A stretch of DNA of 38,748 bases from Chiloscyllium plagiosum (GCF_004010195.1 NC_057718.1:73598010-73636757); one strand, 5' to 3'. Positions 21,241 to 33,055 are shown, numbered from the stretch's first letter. Made by a program: numbers and translations. Notes: generated by a model not told the origin, from the sequence alone.

Positions 21241-21995
21241 GGCAGTGTTTTTTTTTTCTCTGGCACACTGTTTCTCTGGTAGTCTTTTCCACTGGCACTT
21301 TGTTTCTCTGACACCATTTGTTTCTATTGCACATGGTTTCTCAGCCATACGGTTTCTCTGGCAGTCTTCTTCCCTCCCGCTTTGATTCAGTCGCACGCTG
21401 TTTCTCAGTCACTCTTGCGACCATTTCTCTGGCACTCTGTTTCTTTGGCACTTTGTTTCTTTGGCATTTTGTCTCTGGTACTCTGTTTCTCAGGTTCTCT
21501 GTTTCTCTGGCACTCTGTTTCACTGGCGGCCTGTTTCTCTAGCACATGCCTCTGCCAAACTGTTTTGCTGGCACTCTGTTTATGTGGCACTCTGTTTCTC
21601 AGGCCCTCTGCTTCTCCGGCCCTCTGCTTCTCCGCTACTCTGCTTCTCCGCTACTCTGCTACTCCGGCACTCTGCTACTCCGGCACTCTGCTACTCCGGC
21701 ACTCTGCTTCTCCAAACTGTTTTGCTGGCACTCTGTTTCTCAGGCCCTCTGCTTCTCCGGCCCTCTGCTTCTCCGCTACTCTGCTTCTCCAGCACTCTGC
21801 TACTCTGGCACTCTGCTACTCCGGCACTCTGCTTCTCTCGCACATTGCTTCTCAGGCACCATGTTTCTCAGTTCTCTGTTTCGTATGCACGCTGTTTCTC
21901 TGGCACTCTCCTCTCGCACTCAGGTTCTCTGGCACTCTGTTTCTCTGACACTCGTTATTCTGGCAGTGTGTTTCTTTGGCACTTTGTCTCTGGCA
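21241..21995. repeat. Minisatellite, ~16-bp unit GGCACTCTG(TT/CT)(T/A)CTC(T/C)
   Basis: Roughly 45 degenerate units; homogeneous core 21600-21835; higher-order repeat starting at 21555 and 21712. Confidence 0.92.
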
Positions 21996-22061
21996 AAGGC
22001 TTCTGAAGGCTTCCCATTTTTCAGCCATCCCTTTACCTGTGAAAATCTGTACCTAATTAGT

Positions 22062-22274
22062 GGGCGGCACGGTGGCACAGTGGTTAGCACTGCTGCCTCA
22101 CAGCGCCAGAGACCCGGGTTCAATTCCCACCTCAGGGGACAGACTGTGTGGAGTTTGCACATTCTCCCCGTGTCTGCGTGGATTTCCTCCGGGTGCTCCG
22201 GCGCTTTGGCGGGTCGGTGTGGACTTGTTAGGCCGAAGGGCCTGTTTCCACACTGTAAAGTAATCTAATCTAAT
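22062..22274 (+). mobile_element. V-SINE (HE1-like) with ~100-bp internal deletion
   Basis: Head and 5' V-core joined directly to the 3' tail at ~22201. Confidence 0.92.
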
Positions 22275-23134
22275 CAAAGATCTTGCCAGGTATGGTCAAA
22301 ATTGGCCTTCCTCCATTTTAGAACTTCAACTTTTAGATCTGGTCTATCCTTTTCCATCACTATTTTAAAATTAATAGAATTATGGTCACTGCCCCCAAAG
22401 TGCTCCCCCACTGACACGTCAGTCACTTGCCCTACCTTATTTCCCAAGAGTAGGTCAGTTTTAGCACCTTCTGTAATATGGACATCCACATACTGAATCA
22501 GAAAATTTTCCTGTACATGGTTAACAAATTCCTCTCCATCTAAACCTCCTTAACTCTATCACAGTCCCAGACTATGTTTGGAAAGTTACAATCCTCTACC
22601 ATAGCTACCCTATTATTCTTACAAATAAATGAGCTCTCCTTTCAAATTTGTTTCTCAATTTCCCTCTGACTATTAGGGGGTCTATAATACAGTCCCAATA
22701 AGGTGATCATCCCTTTCTTATTTCTCAGTTCCACCCAAATAACTTCCCTGGATGCATTTCCTGGAATAACCTCTCTCAGCACAGCTGTAATACTATACCT
22801 TATCAAAAACACAACTTCCCCACCTCTCTTGCCTCCCTTTCTGTCCTTCCTGTAGCATTTGTATCCTGGCGCATTAAGCTGCCAGTCCTGTCCATCCCTG
22901 AGCCATGTTTCTGTAATTGCTATAATATCCCAGTCCCATGTTCCTAACCATGCCCTGAGTTCATCACCCTTCCCTGTTAGGCTCCTTGCATTGAAATAAA
23001 TGCAGTTTAATTTATCAGTACTGCCTTGTTCTGTTTTGTTCCTGCCTGCCCTGAGTGTTTGGCTCGCTTCGTTTCTCAACTGTACCAGTCTCCGATTGAT
23101 CTCTTTCCCCATTATCTCCCTAAGCTATTACAGC

Positions 23135-23405
23135 TATTACAAGGGGGCATAGCTTTAAATTAAGGGGGGGGTAGGTATAGGACAGATGTTAGGGGTAGGT
23201 TCTTTACTCAGCGAGTCGTGAGTTCATGGAATGCCCTGCCAGTAGCAGTGGTGGACTCTCCCTCATTATGGGCATTTAAGCGGGCATTGGATAGGCATAT
23301 GGAGGATAGTGGGCTAGTGTAGGTTAGGTGGGCTTGGATCGGCGCAACATCGAGGGCCGAAGGGCCTGTACTGCGCTGTATTGTTCTATGTTCTATGTTC
23401 TATGT
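23135..23405 (+). mobile_element. Young CR1 3' end (same subfamily as 16199-16940) inserted in CR1 A
   Basis: Closely similar to 16660-16930; (TTCTATG)n tail. Confidence 0.92.
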
Positions 23406-23473
23406 AAGTCACACCCCAGCACACCACCCAGCCATCTTACTAGGTTAAATCCTCCCGAGCAGCTCTAGCAAAT

Positions 23474-23789
23474 TAGATTAGATTCCCTACAGCGTGAAAA
23501 CAGGCCTTTCGACCCAACCAGTCCACACCAACCCCCAAAGAGTAACACACCCAGACCCATTTCCCTCTGACTAATTGCACCTAACACTATGGGCAATTTT
23601 AGCATGGCCAATTCACCTGACCTGCATATCTTTGGATTGTGGGAGGAAACCGGAGCACCTGGAGAAAACCCATGCAGACACGGGAAGAATGTGCAAACTC
23701 CACCCAGACAGTCACCCAAGGCTGGAATCGAACCTGAGACCCTGGTGCTGTGAGGCAGCAGTGCAAACCACTGAGCCATCATGCTGCCC
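23474..23789 (-). mobile_element. V-SINE (HE1-like), full length
   Basis: Tail, V-core and tRNA-like head; AAAT on both sides; host CR1 reads through when it is removed. Confidence 0.9.
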
Positions 23790-25592
23790 TAAATCTCCCT
23801 GCCCTTCTATTAGTCCCTTTCCAGTTTAGGTGCAATCTGTTATTCTTGTACAGGTCACTTCTACCCCAGAAGAGATTGCAATGATCCAAAAATGAGAATC
23901 CTTCTCCCATACACCAGCTCCTCAGCCATGCATTCATTTGCTTTATTCTCCTATTCCTACCCTCACTAGCTCGTAGCAGCAGGAGTAATCCAGATATTAC
24001 TATTCTCGAGGACGTCCTTTTTAAATTCCTGCCTAACCCTCTGTATTCTCCCTTCAGAATCTCATTCTTTTCCCTTCCAATGTCGTTGGTTCCAATGTGT
24101 ACTCCTGCTGGGCCCTCTCCCCCTTGAGAACATTCTGCCTGCTCTCTGAGGCATTCTTGATCCTGGCACCAGGGAGACAACACACCATTCTGGCCATAGA
24201 AACGTCTGTCTGTGCCTCAGACTAGAGAGTCCCCTAACACAGTCGATCTCTTGAAACCTGAAATACCCCTTATTGCATTAGAGCCTGACTTGATACCAGA
24301 AACTTGGCTGTTTGTGCTACAATCCCCTCAGAATCCATCACCCCTACTTTTTCCAAAATAGCATACTTGTTTGAAATGGGGATAGCCACAAGAGACAAGG
24401 GATTTGGGTGAAGTCTAACATGCTTTGGCAGCAAGCTATTAGAGTCATAGAGATGTACAGCATGGAAACAAACCCTTCGGTCCAACCTGTCCATGCCGAT
24501 CAGATATCCCAACCCAATCTAGTCCCACCTGCCAGCACCCAGCCCATATCCCTCCAAACCCTTCCTATTCATATACCCATCCAAATGCCTCTTAAATGTT
24601 GCAATTGTACCAGCCTCCACCACATCCTCTGGCAGCTCATTCCAAACACGTACCACCCTCTGCATGAAAAGGTTACCCCTTAGGACTCTTTTATATCTTT
24701 CCCCTCTCACCCGAACCTATGCCCTCTAGTTCTGGACTCCCCGACCCAAAGGAAAAGACTTTGTCTATTTATCCTATACATGCCTCTCATAATTTTGTAA
24801 ACCTCTATAAGGTCACCCCTCAGCCTCCAACGCTCGAGGGAAAACAGCCTCAGCCTGTTCAGCCTCTCTCTGTAGCTCAGATCCTCCAACCCTGGCAACA
24901 TCTTGTAAATCTTCTCTGAACCCTTTCAAGTTTCACAACATCTTTCCGATAGGAAGGAGACCAGAATTGCACGCAATATTCCATGTGTGGCCTAACCAAT
25001 GTCCTGTACAGCTGCAACATGACCTCCCAACTCCTGTAATCAATACTCTGGCTAATAAAGGAAAGCATACCAAACGCCTTCTTCACTATCCTATCTACCT
25101 GCGACTCCACTTTCAAGGAGCTATGAACCGGCACTCCAAGGTCTCTTTGTTCAGCAACACTCCCTAGGACCTTACCATTAAGTGTATAAGTCCTGCTAAG
25201 ATTTACTTTTCCAAAATGTAGCACCTCACATTTATCTGAATTAAACTCCATCTGCGACTTCTTAGCCCATTGGCCCATCTGGTCCAGATTCTGTTGTAAT
25301 CTGAGGTAATCCTCTTCGCTGTCCACTACACCTCCAATTTTGCTGTCATCTGCAAACTTACTAACTGTACCTCTTATGCTTGCATCCAAATCATTTATGT
25401 AAATGACAAAAAGTAGAGGGCTCAGCACCGATCCTTGTGGCACTTCACTGGTCACAGGTCTCCACTCTGAAAAACAACCCTCCACCACCACCTTTGAGCC
25501 AGCTCTGCATCCAAATGGCTAGTTCTCCCTATATTCCATGAGATTTAACCTTGCTAATCAGTCTCCCATGGGGAACCTTGTCGAACGCCTTA

Positions 25593-26351
25593 NNNNNNNN
25601 NNNNNNNNNNNNNNNNNNNNNNNNNNNNNNNNNNNNNNNNNNNNNNNNNNNNNNNNNNNNNNNNNNNNNNNNNNNNNNNNNNNNNNNNNNNNNNNNNNNN
25701 NNNNNNNNNNNNNNNNNNNNNNNNNNNNNNNNNNNNNNNNNNNNNNNNNNNNNNNNNNNNNNNNNNNNNNNNNNNNNNNNNNNNNNNNNNNNNNNNNNNN
25801 NNNNNNNNNNNNNNNNNNNNNNNNNNNNNNNNNNNNNNNNNNNNNNNNNNNNNNNNNNNNNNNNNNNNNNNNNNNNNNNNNNNNNNNNNNNNNNNNNNNN
25901 NNNNNNNNNNNNNNNNNNNNNNNNNNNNNNNNNNNNNNNNNNNNNNNNNNNNNNNNNNNNNNNNNNNNNNNNNNNNNNNNNNNNNNNNNNNNNNNNNNNN
26001 NNNNNNNNNNNNNNNNNNNNNNNNNNNNNNNNNNNNNNNNNNNNNNNNNNNNNNNNNNNNNNNNNNNNNNNNNNNNNNNNNNNNNNNNNNNNNNNNNNNN
26101 NNNNNNNNNNNNNNNNNNNNNNNNNNNNNNNNNNNNNNNNNNNNNNNNNNNNNNNNNNNNNNNNNNNNNNNNNNNNNNNNNNNNNNNNNNNNNNNNNNNN
26201 NNNNNNNNNNNNNNNNNNNNNNNNNNNNNNNNNNNNNNNNNNNNNNNNNNNNNNNNNNNNNNNNNNNNNNNNNNNNNNNNNNNNNNNNNNNNNNNNNNNN
26301 NNNNNNNNNNNNNNNNNNNNNNNNNNNNNNNNNNNNNNNNNNNNNNNNNNN
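25593..26351. other. Assembly gap (759 N)
   Basis: Run of N. Confidence 1.
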
Positions 26352-27513
26352 CACTGACACCTCACTCACCTGCCCTGCCTTATTTCCTAAGAGTAGGTCA
26401 AGTTTTGCACCTTCTCTAGTAGGTACATCCATATACTGAATCAGAAAATTGTCTTGTACACGCTTAAGAAATTCCTCTCCATCTAAACCTTTAACACTAT
26501 GGCAGTCCCAGTCAATGTTTGGAAAGTTAAAATCCCCTACCATAACTACCCTATTATTCTTACAGATGGCTGAGATCTCCTTACAAGTTTGTTTCTCAAT
26601 TTCCCTCTGACTATTAGGGGGTCTATAATACAATCCCATTAAGGTAATCATACCTTTCTTATTTCTTGGTTCCACCCAAATAACTTCCTGGATGTATTTC
26701 CGAGAATATCCTCGCTCAGCACAGCTATAATGCTATCTCTTATCAAAAATGCCACTCCCCCTCCTCTCTTGCCTCCCTTTCTGTCCTTCCTGTAGCATTT
26801 GTATCCTGGAACATTAAGCTGCCAGTTCTGCCCATCCCTGAGCCATGTTCCCGTAATTGCTATGATATCCCAGTCCTATGTTCCTAACCATGCCCTGAGT
26901 TCATCTGCATTGAAATAAATGCAGTTTAATTTATCAGTCCTGCCTTGTCCCTGCCTGTCCTGACTGTTTGACTCACTTCTGTTCTCAACTATACCCGTCT
27001 TAGATAAATTCTTTCCTCGCTATCTCCCAGGGTCCCACCCTCCCACCTTACTGGTTTAAATCCTCCCAAGCAATTTGAGCAAATTTTCCTGCCAGTATAT
27101 TAGTCCCCTTCCAATTTAGATGCAATCTGTCCTTCTTGTACAGATCACTTCTGCCCCAAAAGAGATTCCAGTGATCCAAAAATGTGAATCCTTCTCCCAT
27201 ACACCAGCTCCTCAGCCATGCATTCATATGCTCTATCCTCCTATTCCTGCCCTCACTAGCTCGTAGCACTGGGAGTAATCCAGATATTACTACCCTTGTG
27301 GACCTCCTTTTTAAATTTCTGCCTAACTCTCTGTAACCTCCCTTCAGAGTATCAACCTTTTCCCTTCCTACGTCGTTGGTTCCAATGTGGACAATAACCT
27401 CCTGATGGCCCCTCTCCCCTGTGAGAACATTTTGCACCCTCTCTGAGACATCCTTGATCCTGGCACCAGGGAAACAACACACCATTCTACTTTTTCTCTG
27501 CTGGCCACAGAAA

Positions 27514-28336
27514 NNNNNNNNNNNNNNNNNNNNNNNNNNNNNNNNNNNNNNNNNNNNNNNNNNNNNNNNNNNNNNNNNNNNNNNNNNNNNNNNNNNNNNN
27601 NNNNNNNNNNNNNNNNNNNNNNNNNNNNNNNNNNNNNNNNNNNNNNNNNNNNNNNNNNNNNNNNNNNNNNNNNNNNNNNNNNNNNNNNNNNNNNNNNNNN
27701 NNNNNNNNNNNNNNNNNNNNNNNNNNNNNNNNNNNNNNNNNNNNNNNNNNNNNNNNNNNNNNNNNNNNNNNNNNNNNNNNNNNNNNNNNNNNNNNNNNNN
27801 NNNNNNNNNNNNNNNNNNNNNNNNNNNNNNNNNNNNNNNNNNNNNNNNNNNNNNNNNNNNNNNNNNNNNNNNNNNNNNNNNNNNNNNNNNNNNNNNNNNN
27901 NNNNNNNNNNNNNNNNNNNNNNNNNNNNNNNNNNNNNNNNNNNNNNNNNNNNNNNNNNNNNNNNNNNNNNNNNNNNNNNNNNNNNNNNNNNNNNNNNNNN
28001 NNNNNNNNNNNNNNNNNNNNNNNNNNNNNNNNNNNNNNNNNNNNNNNNNNNNNNNNNNNNNNNNNNNNNNNNNNNNNNNNNNNNNNNNNNNNNNNNNNNN
28101 NNNNNNNNNNNNNNNNNNNNNNNNNNNNNNNNNNNNNNNNNNNNNNNNNNNNNNNNNNNNNNNNNNNNNNNNNNNNNNNNNNNNNNNNNNNNNNNNNNNN
28201 NNNNNNNNNNNNNNNNNNNNNNNNNNNNNNNNNNNNNNNNNNNNNNNNNNNNNNNNNNNNNNNNNNNNNNNNNNNNNNNNNNNNNNNNNNNNNNNNNNNN
28301 NNNNNNNNNNNNNNNNNNNNNNNNNNNNNNNNNNNN
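27514..28336. other. Assembly gap (823 N)
   Basis: Run of N. Confidence 1.
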
Positions 28337-29035
28337 CTTCTATCTGTCTCTCCAACCGATCCACTCGATCTGATAAGATTTGCATCCAGCAGCATTTATG
28401 GCAGATATAATCCGCAGTAACCCTTAAACTCTCTTTAAACTCCCACATCTGACAAGAAGTATATATCACTGCAAAGACCATTTTTGCTCCTTCACTATCT
28501 ACAGATCCAGAAAATAACACTGTCTTATTCCTCTACAAACACTGCCCCATATTAAATTAATAGCTATGGCTTATATTTTATGTTTAATCAAGAGACTCAT
28601 CTCCAAAAACAGATAATCAAGAAAGAATCCACTATACTCACTACTGCAGCCTTTCTCTTGGACAGACTTAAAACAAAAATTAACTTATCTGATTCTGTGC
28701 TGTGAACTTCGCCCAACAGTTCCTCCAAGATTAGTTGTGAATTTCACTGTTTGTTAACTTTCCCAGATGCACTCCAATGTTCAGCGATACACAAATTCAA
28801 ACAGCAAAGGCGGTAACTGTGCAGGTTCTCTCTCTCTCTCTCCTGCACTGTGCTTCCTTTGTCTGCTCTTCTCCCTTTTAAACTGTTGTTGTTTGACTTT
28901 TTATTTCCAAAGTTCCAAAACAATGCAACAGCATATAAAACAGTAATTGCTGCTCCTGGAATTCGAGGAAATCACCTCCAACACCTAAAATACCTCAAAA
29001 AAAGGAGCAGCTCTTACAGCCAGAAATTTTTCCCA

Positions 29036-29610
29036 TGAAGGCTAATGAAATATCAGCCTTTATTGCAAGAGGTTTTGAGTATAGCAGTAATGATGTCTTG
29101 GTTAGACTGCACCTGAAGTATTGTGTGCAGATTGGTCTCCTTATCACAGGAAAAATATTAAGGTTCACCACTCTTATTCCCAGTATGGTGAGATTGTCCT
29201 ATGAAGAAAGATTGTGTACTTTCTAGAGTTTCAAAGAATGAGAGGTGATCTTATTGAAGTCTACATAATACTTAAAGAGATAGACAGGATTGATGCAGGC
29301 GAACTGTTTATCCTGGTTGGGATGTAAAGAACCAGGGCACAACTTAAAATTGTGGAGGATGCCATTTAGGACGAAATTAGGGGAAATTCAGAGAGTGCTG
29401 AATCTTTGGAATTCTTTACTGCATTGGACTCTAAAAACTCAATTTTTGAGTACGCTTAAAGTGGCAGTTGATAAGTTATTAATTATCAATAACTTGCAGG
29501 GTAATGGAGATGGAGTAAGTAAAAGACTTTGTGTTCGATTACCCATAATTGTATTAAATGATGGAGTGGACTTGAGATGCTGAATAGCTTACTCCTGTTC
29601 CTATGTTCTT
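29036..29610 (+). mobile_element. Old CR1 3' end
   Basis: AFIARGFEY, HLKYCVQ, LSYEERL, RVLNLWNSL; TTCCTATGTTCT end. Confidence 0.8.
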
Positions 29611-29949
29611 AACCTGAACCAAAAGCAGAATCTGTTGAGCTAATTACATGGATTTTTTTAAAAGAATGTTTTATACTGTCAATGCAATGAAAAGTTTTGG
29701 TTTGGTCAAAAAGTATTTTGCTGCTGTCAAAATTAAAGCAAGTTCAGATTCCAAGTGACAATAAATTTCGAGAAGGTGGGCAAAGAGGCAACAACTAACA
29801 GTATACATCACTCAAACAGCTGAAGCATCTATAATTGAATTGAGTGAAACTGCTACTCAGCAAAGCAAATGATTAAATATGACAAATTCAAATCAGATGA
29901 GATGCTGCGATGAGTAGGATGGGACCAGGTCAAGTAAAACACTAAACAA

Positions 29950-30138
29950 AAGCAAAGAACTATGGATGCTGGAAATCTGAAATAAAAACAGAAATTGCTG
30001 CAGAAACTCAGCAGGTCTGGCAACATCTGTGAGAGTTCTGAAGAAGGGTCACTGGAACCAAAATATTGACTCTGTTTTCTCTCAACAGATGCTGCCAGAC
30101 CTGCTGAGTTTCACCAGCAATTTCTGTTGTTGTTTCAG
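29950..30138. mobile_element. Penelope-derived inverted repeat with central hammerhead-like motif
   Basis: ~60-bp arms (29977-30035 and ~30079-30138) are reverse complements; spacer holds GAGTT-CTGAAGA-AGGGTC actg GAACC-AAAATATT-GACTC. Confidence 0.8.
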
Positions 30139-30333
30139 GTCATGTAGAATAGCTGTCTTCCTACTTTCCAAAGAGGAATTTTCAAATTAACAGAATAGAC
30201 ATTATGTCAAACAAGAAAGAATCTTCAGGGGACACAGTTGAGGGAGCAAACAAGTTGATTTCACAAATACTTCAATTGCTGAAGCCAACTGAAAATGTCC
30301 AAACTAATCAACAAATCAATATAAAATGCTTAC

Positions 30334-30409
30334 CTACCACAGCACTTGCATACAAGTAGAATGAGAACAAAAATCCAGTGGAACAAATTAAAAATTTCAT
30401 ACAACTCAT
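30334..30409 (-). CDS. Candidate host coding exon, signal-peptide-like MSCMKFLICSTGFLFSFYLYASAVV(G)
   Basis: Acceptor TTTTGAATCTTTTAGCAG ends 8 nt before the ATG; 25 codons + 1 nt; donor G|GTAAGC (phase 1); lies in non-repeat sequence. Confidence 0.5.
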
Positions 30410-30435
30410 GGAAAACACTGCTAAAAGATTCAAAA

Positions 30436-30560
30436 CATAGGTATTCCTCCTATAACGTGCATTTATTAAACATAATTTGTCTCTAACGCGATTTGTGAAT
30501 TGCCAACTTTTCTTTATAAAACGAATTCCCGTTCCCTTTTACGCGATTCTCATCCCAGCA
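30436..30560. mobile_element. Possible Tigger/pogo-like MITE left end
   Basis: TAGGTATTCCTCCTATAACG with recurring TAACGCGATT/TACGCGATT sub-repeats; resembles the reverse complement of 31466-31487. Confidence 0.4.
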
Positions 30561-30915
30561 TTAGGTGTCACGGTGTGTGGAGGACTGGACTCCGCGGTGG
30601 CATCATGTGATCAGTCAGCTCGTCTGCTTTCTCACGAAGAGCTCTGTGAAAGATATTGTCAAATGATTGTGCTAGTGGACTTGGAAAAGCATCACAAAAA
30701 TGTTTCTACAGCCTGAGGACAAGAAGCGGGAAGCAATCTGTTAATTTAAAATCTTAACAAGTTAAGATGAGAGTGAAACTTCACAGGAATGGACTAACAG
30801 TAAAAAGACAGTGTTGAGGAGCTTGAAACTTGGCTTTGTTGTTTGTATTAAGAGCTTTTTTTCTCTCCTTTATGTTTAAAAAAATATGTTTAGAAGTTAA
30901 AGATGGTGCTGCGTC

Positions 30916-30951
30916 ATGGATGTTGGTCAGTTCTGGGATATCCAGGAAATG
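30916..30951 (+). CDS. Candidate short coding exon MDVGQFWDIQEM (alternative ATG at 30903 in another frame)
   Basis: Kozak-like GTCATGG and donor G|GTGAGT; no recognised homology. Confidence 0.25.
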
Positions 30952-31384
30952 GTGAGTTGTTTTGGAAATGACACATGGTATGATGTACTAGAATGTGTGA
31001 AAGGAGCACCAAAGGGTGGGGTAGGTAATAAATCAGGCAGGTTTTGTAAAATAAGGTGGTGGACATCCCCAAGCATCACAATGTGAAACCCTCCGAACTC
31101 TTGACAAAACAGATGCTTAGTGAAAGAAATTAAGATTCAACCCTTGATCCATCAAGGCAGATGATCTAACATTCTGGGATCTAACTTGTATAGTGTTACC
31201 TTTGGACAGGATCAGAAGACTGGCTAGAACGTAATACAGCCAGCAGGTATAGAGATGAATTGCACTGTACAGTACCATAGAACAGGTCAGTTACAACAGG
31301 TCAAAATTTACTCAGACTGTGCTATCTTTTAGGTTAGGTTAACAACTATTTTGTTTCGATTTTTTTTTACTGGCATTTTTGGTG

Positions 31385-31487
31385 GTTCGCCCTGAGCCCT
31401 ATTTTTCCCAAAGGCCCCATTATTTCTACTGTATGATTTTGTATAGCATGGCATTGCAACTACAACGTTATAAAAGAACTATCTGTA
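31385..31487. mobile_element. Possible Tigger/pogo-like MITE right end
   Basis: Ends CGTTATAAAAGAACTATCTG-TA, a CAG-type terminus followed by TA. Confidence 0.45.
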
Positions 31488-32571
31488 CTGCAATACAAAA
31501 ACACCTACCCCAGCAAGGACCACTTTTTCCATGAAAGAAATTAGAGATTAAAAGTTGTCTAGTTCAACAGACAAACTCAGACATCAGACCTGAACTCAGA
31601 CTTTCAGTCTGGGGCTCTTTTACGATGGATGCCTCCATGAACTTCAGTGAGGACTACTCCCTTAAGACTTTGAAACATTACTGCCTGCCTTCTATATATG
31701 CCATGTGCTTATCATATAAGTTACTGGCACATGATTCAGATGTGAGATTGGTGTAGCACACTGTTGTATAACAAGATGTAGTCCCTATTGACTGAGGCCT
31801 GGTGACTGCACTAATTAAAACACCATAGCAAGACAGGGCCTGTTACCACAGGGATGCAGTAGGTGCTAAGTGAACAAGTGCTAAGAGAACAGGTGAGTAG
31901 TTCTGAGATGCAGCCTGGTCCAATTCATGAACTGAGTGCCTGTCCCTGTATGCAAAGTGTCCTTGCAGCAGCCTTCCAGTTCTAGTGTTTGGTTAGTCCT
32001 GCAATTCTTCCCAGTGGATCAGAGAGATGCCATGAGGATCCTGCAGTATCGGCAAATGTCTGATGTCAATATCCATGGATGAGGGCTCATGCCCATTGAT
32101 TATATCCTGAGATGCTTCCTTTGACGCTGTGCTCTTTAGAGCCAGTGGTGAGCTGAGGTTGCCAGGTATCCACTCTTACTGCCTGGTCAAGGATTCTCAA
32201 CTAGTTTGTTTGGCACATGTGGTATAATGTGGTAAAACTGTGGTTAAACCATTGATAATAAGCAATAATCCCTCTTAATTAGCAACTTGCTGCTGCCTAA
32301 TCATCCAAGATTATTTCTTTTTTTTTGATCTAGGTAGTTATTTGAACAAAATCAGTGTATATCTATATTGGGATGTCTTTCCTGTTTCTAATCCCAAACT
32401 GAAGTGCCCACTTTTGACACAGCCTCAATATGTTCTCTAAAAATCCAACTTAAAATGCTGCATTGTCTGCAGCAAGATGAACTTCCAACAGATTCATAAC
32501 TAAAATCAATGTTTCTTATTTCTCATGATCCTCACAGTCATTGTGAATTTTTGAGAAAGAATAGTAACATC

Positions 32572-33055
32572 GTATAAGAACTCCGAGTAGGAGTAGGCAA
32601 TTCAGCTCCTTGAGCCTGCGCCTTCATTTGATATGATCAACACTTTCCTGCCTGCTCTCCTTAACCCTTCAACCTACTACTAATTAAAAATCTACCTCCT
32701 CCTTAAATCTTCTCAATGTCTTAGCACCAACCACACTCTGAAGTAATGATTTCAACAGATTCACAACCATTTGAGAGAAGTAATTTCTATTCATCTCTGT
32801 TTTAAATTTGCTACCCCTTATTCTAAAACTTGACCTCACGTTCACAATTGCCCCATATGGAATAATTAATTTTAAGGCTACTTTGTTGATCCCCTTTTGA
32901 TCATTGCATACCTTGATTGGAATTCTTAATTCTCCTAAAATCCAGAGAGCATAGGTCTAAACTGCTCAATCTCCATCCTAAAACGCATCTCTCGAATCAA
33001 ATTAGTGAACCTCCTCTGATCTGCCACCAAAGCAGCTTCAATCCTACTTAATTAA
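32572..33055 (-). mobile_element. Old CR1 3' end
   Basis: AGTAGGAGTAGGCAATTCAGC..; CATCTCTGTTTTAAAT; GTGAACCTCCTCTG, as in the elements at 14005 and 17310. Confidence 0.7.

Larger units (their letters stand above)
18865..24410 (-). mobile_element. CR1 LINE A (ORF1 esterase, endonuclease, RT; disrupted), host to several nested insertions
   Basis: HIGTND/LHLNWKG (23779..24183), YFNARS/ITETWL/YRPPN (22642..23112), [20 protein letters not shown] (19746..20111), tail ATAGAGTCATAGAG at 18863-18876. Confidence 0.93.
24440..29035 (-). mobile_element. CR1 LINE B, probably full length, spanning two assembly gaps
   Basis: ORF1 N-terminus (SCQMWE..YICHKC, ~28338-28481), esterase (27048-27513), endonuclease (26352-26920), RT (KFADDSK, 24877..25491), tail TAGAGTCATAGAG. 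Confidence 0.9.

Noticed and set aside
21241..21995. CRISPR-like array or repeat-protein gene
   Set aside because: Units are contiguous with no unique spacers, the context is eukaryotic, and the long ORFs result from a stop-free 16-bp unit.
25529..28520. Long ORFs of 268-490 aa
   Set aside because: Artefacts of translating through N gaps.
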